Positions 62,546-64,000 of a stretch of 64,000 nt of DNA are shown here, one piece after another. The stretch lies in the NCBI GenBank assembly GCA_002633005.1, contig NMRA01000192.1, positions 76,231 through 140,230 of the forward strand, given 5' to 3'. Below the pieces are notes generated by a model. That model worked only from the letters and a program-made list of their open reading frames with translations. It was not told the DNA's origin and did no database searches. The stretch's first letter is position 1, and the number at the start of each line of letters is the position of its first letter. Position numbers and translations under genes: made by a program. This stretch comes from Phoronis australis (Eukaryota; Animalia; Phoronida).

Positions 62546-64000
62546 TTAATTTATGCTATTTTGTAACAACTGATGGTCGAATTAGTGAATTCAAACTCAA
62601 TTGATGGGACTTATGAGTTTACATATGCCAGAAAAGCACGTGGAACTAAATTAAACACATTTAGCTTTTGTTTTACACGAGTCTGGATACGAGAACTGTT
62701 GTTCATTTTTAAATAAATCTTACACTTTGTGTAGTTAAATTTAATTTGAGAGGGGATATCATGAGGGGTGGAAATGAAGGACGTTTATGAAAGCACTAAA
62801 ATATATGAAGCCGAACTTCTATTGCTCTTTGGACATGTGCAGAGGAAAGTCGGGTACCCAATCCCCATGAAACTGCCCACGACTGCCTGCAACTCCAGTT
62901 CAGTTACACTGCGGGATCACTGCAAGTCAGTTACGTGACTGTCGAGATCTCACTTAAAAAGTTGGAAAATAAAATAATGAATGCAGAACAAATACGTTAT
63001 TGAGATTGTTGAGATTGCATTGAAGTGTGATCAGTTAAGTTTAAATAGTTAGACTTGCAGTGATTCTTGTGGGCATGCATTATTGTAATGTGTTATGCAG
63101 GTGACAGATGTAATTGCCTGCTTTTTCTAGTTAGAGGTTTGATTATTTCCGTGAACTACAACGTAAACTATTATATATAGTGATTTATATCGTACCTCCA
63201 TCCTTCACTCATAGTGAATTAAATGATTATTTTATCATGATCACCAGAGACTTGAAACGGATGAGGTATGATAAAGAGGCAAGCTAGAATGCGGATAATT
63301 GGTTACACATCTGTTTTACCTTGATTACTTTTCTGATTAATCTAATAAGTTACTCTTAGAGTTAGGTACCTTAGATCATTAAGCAACATATTGTTTAGAA
63401 ATTAACTGAAATGAAATGTAGTAGTAATAGTAGTTTTATTGACTATCAAATCATAAACTATAGTTAAAACAATATAAAGTTACGATATTCCAACGAAAAT
63501 GTTAAAAAATGAAATAGATTAAACATGAACAAATTGAATAATGTAGCTTCAACGCATACAATAATTGATGCATATAACACAAGTGATGAAACTAGTTCAA
63601 CCAAGTAATAATCAATCAATGGGTCTGACTTCAAAATTGACAGCAAACTGGGACGTATGATGGAAAGTGGACGTAATAGAAAAGGACACATAATAAATAC
63701 ATGCAATATAATGCCTAGCGTTCGAAAATTGTCCTGGCTTCGGTTACATAGGCTGCTATTTGTTTGTCGGGTTGCTTCAACAATGACGAAACGGATGTAT
63801 GGCCCTGTACAATGGCGGGGATTATTCTGAAACTCCCACGACCAGGGGCGGATCCAGGATTTTGAGTTGGGGGGGAGCTGGGCAGACTATATGCCAGGAC
63901 TTTGCTCGTCAGACATTCGCACCCCCGAACTGCTTAATGGAATCTGGGAGAATTTTAGGGGGGCCATGGCTCCCTTGGCCCCCCTCTAAATCCGCCACTG

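Noticed and set aside
1-64000. Most short ORFs in the supplied six-frame track
   Set aside because: They are antisense or out-of-frame shadows of exons and TEs, or chance ORFs in AT-rich introns, often with non-ATG starts.

Overview
Eukaryotic (invertebrate-animal-like) genomic DNA with spliceosomal GT-AG introns. There is no sign of prokaryotic operons, CRISPR arrays or rRNA. Four host genes were assembled exon by exon with consistent splice phases: APLF (minus, 5' part only, runs off the left edge), DNAJC17 (plus, 9 exons, 295 aa), a B3GAT/GlcAT-I glucuronyltransferase (minus, 5 exons, 343 aa) and ataxin-3 (plus, 7 exons, 296 aa, no polyQ tract). They form two head-to-head pairs (APLF/DNAJC17 and B3GAT/ATXN3). 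Between the pairs lies a ~15 kb nested transposon graveyard with LINE, Penelope, Ty3/Gypsy, Ty1/copia, Academ-like and Kolobok-like remnants. Introns and the right-hand 13 kb carry MITEs, minisatellites and more TE remnants. Two of the three single-N joins sit at duplicated sequence and look like assembly or haplotype overlaps. Three observations are the most notable: a triplicated APLF exon-1 end that creates candidate cassette and poison exons, a TTAA-flanked element carrying a P2X7-ballast-like Cys-rich domain, and a possible orphan two-exon ORF. I found no convincing wholly new multi-gene system. Family assignments come from recalled motifs, not from database searches.
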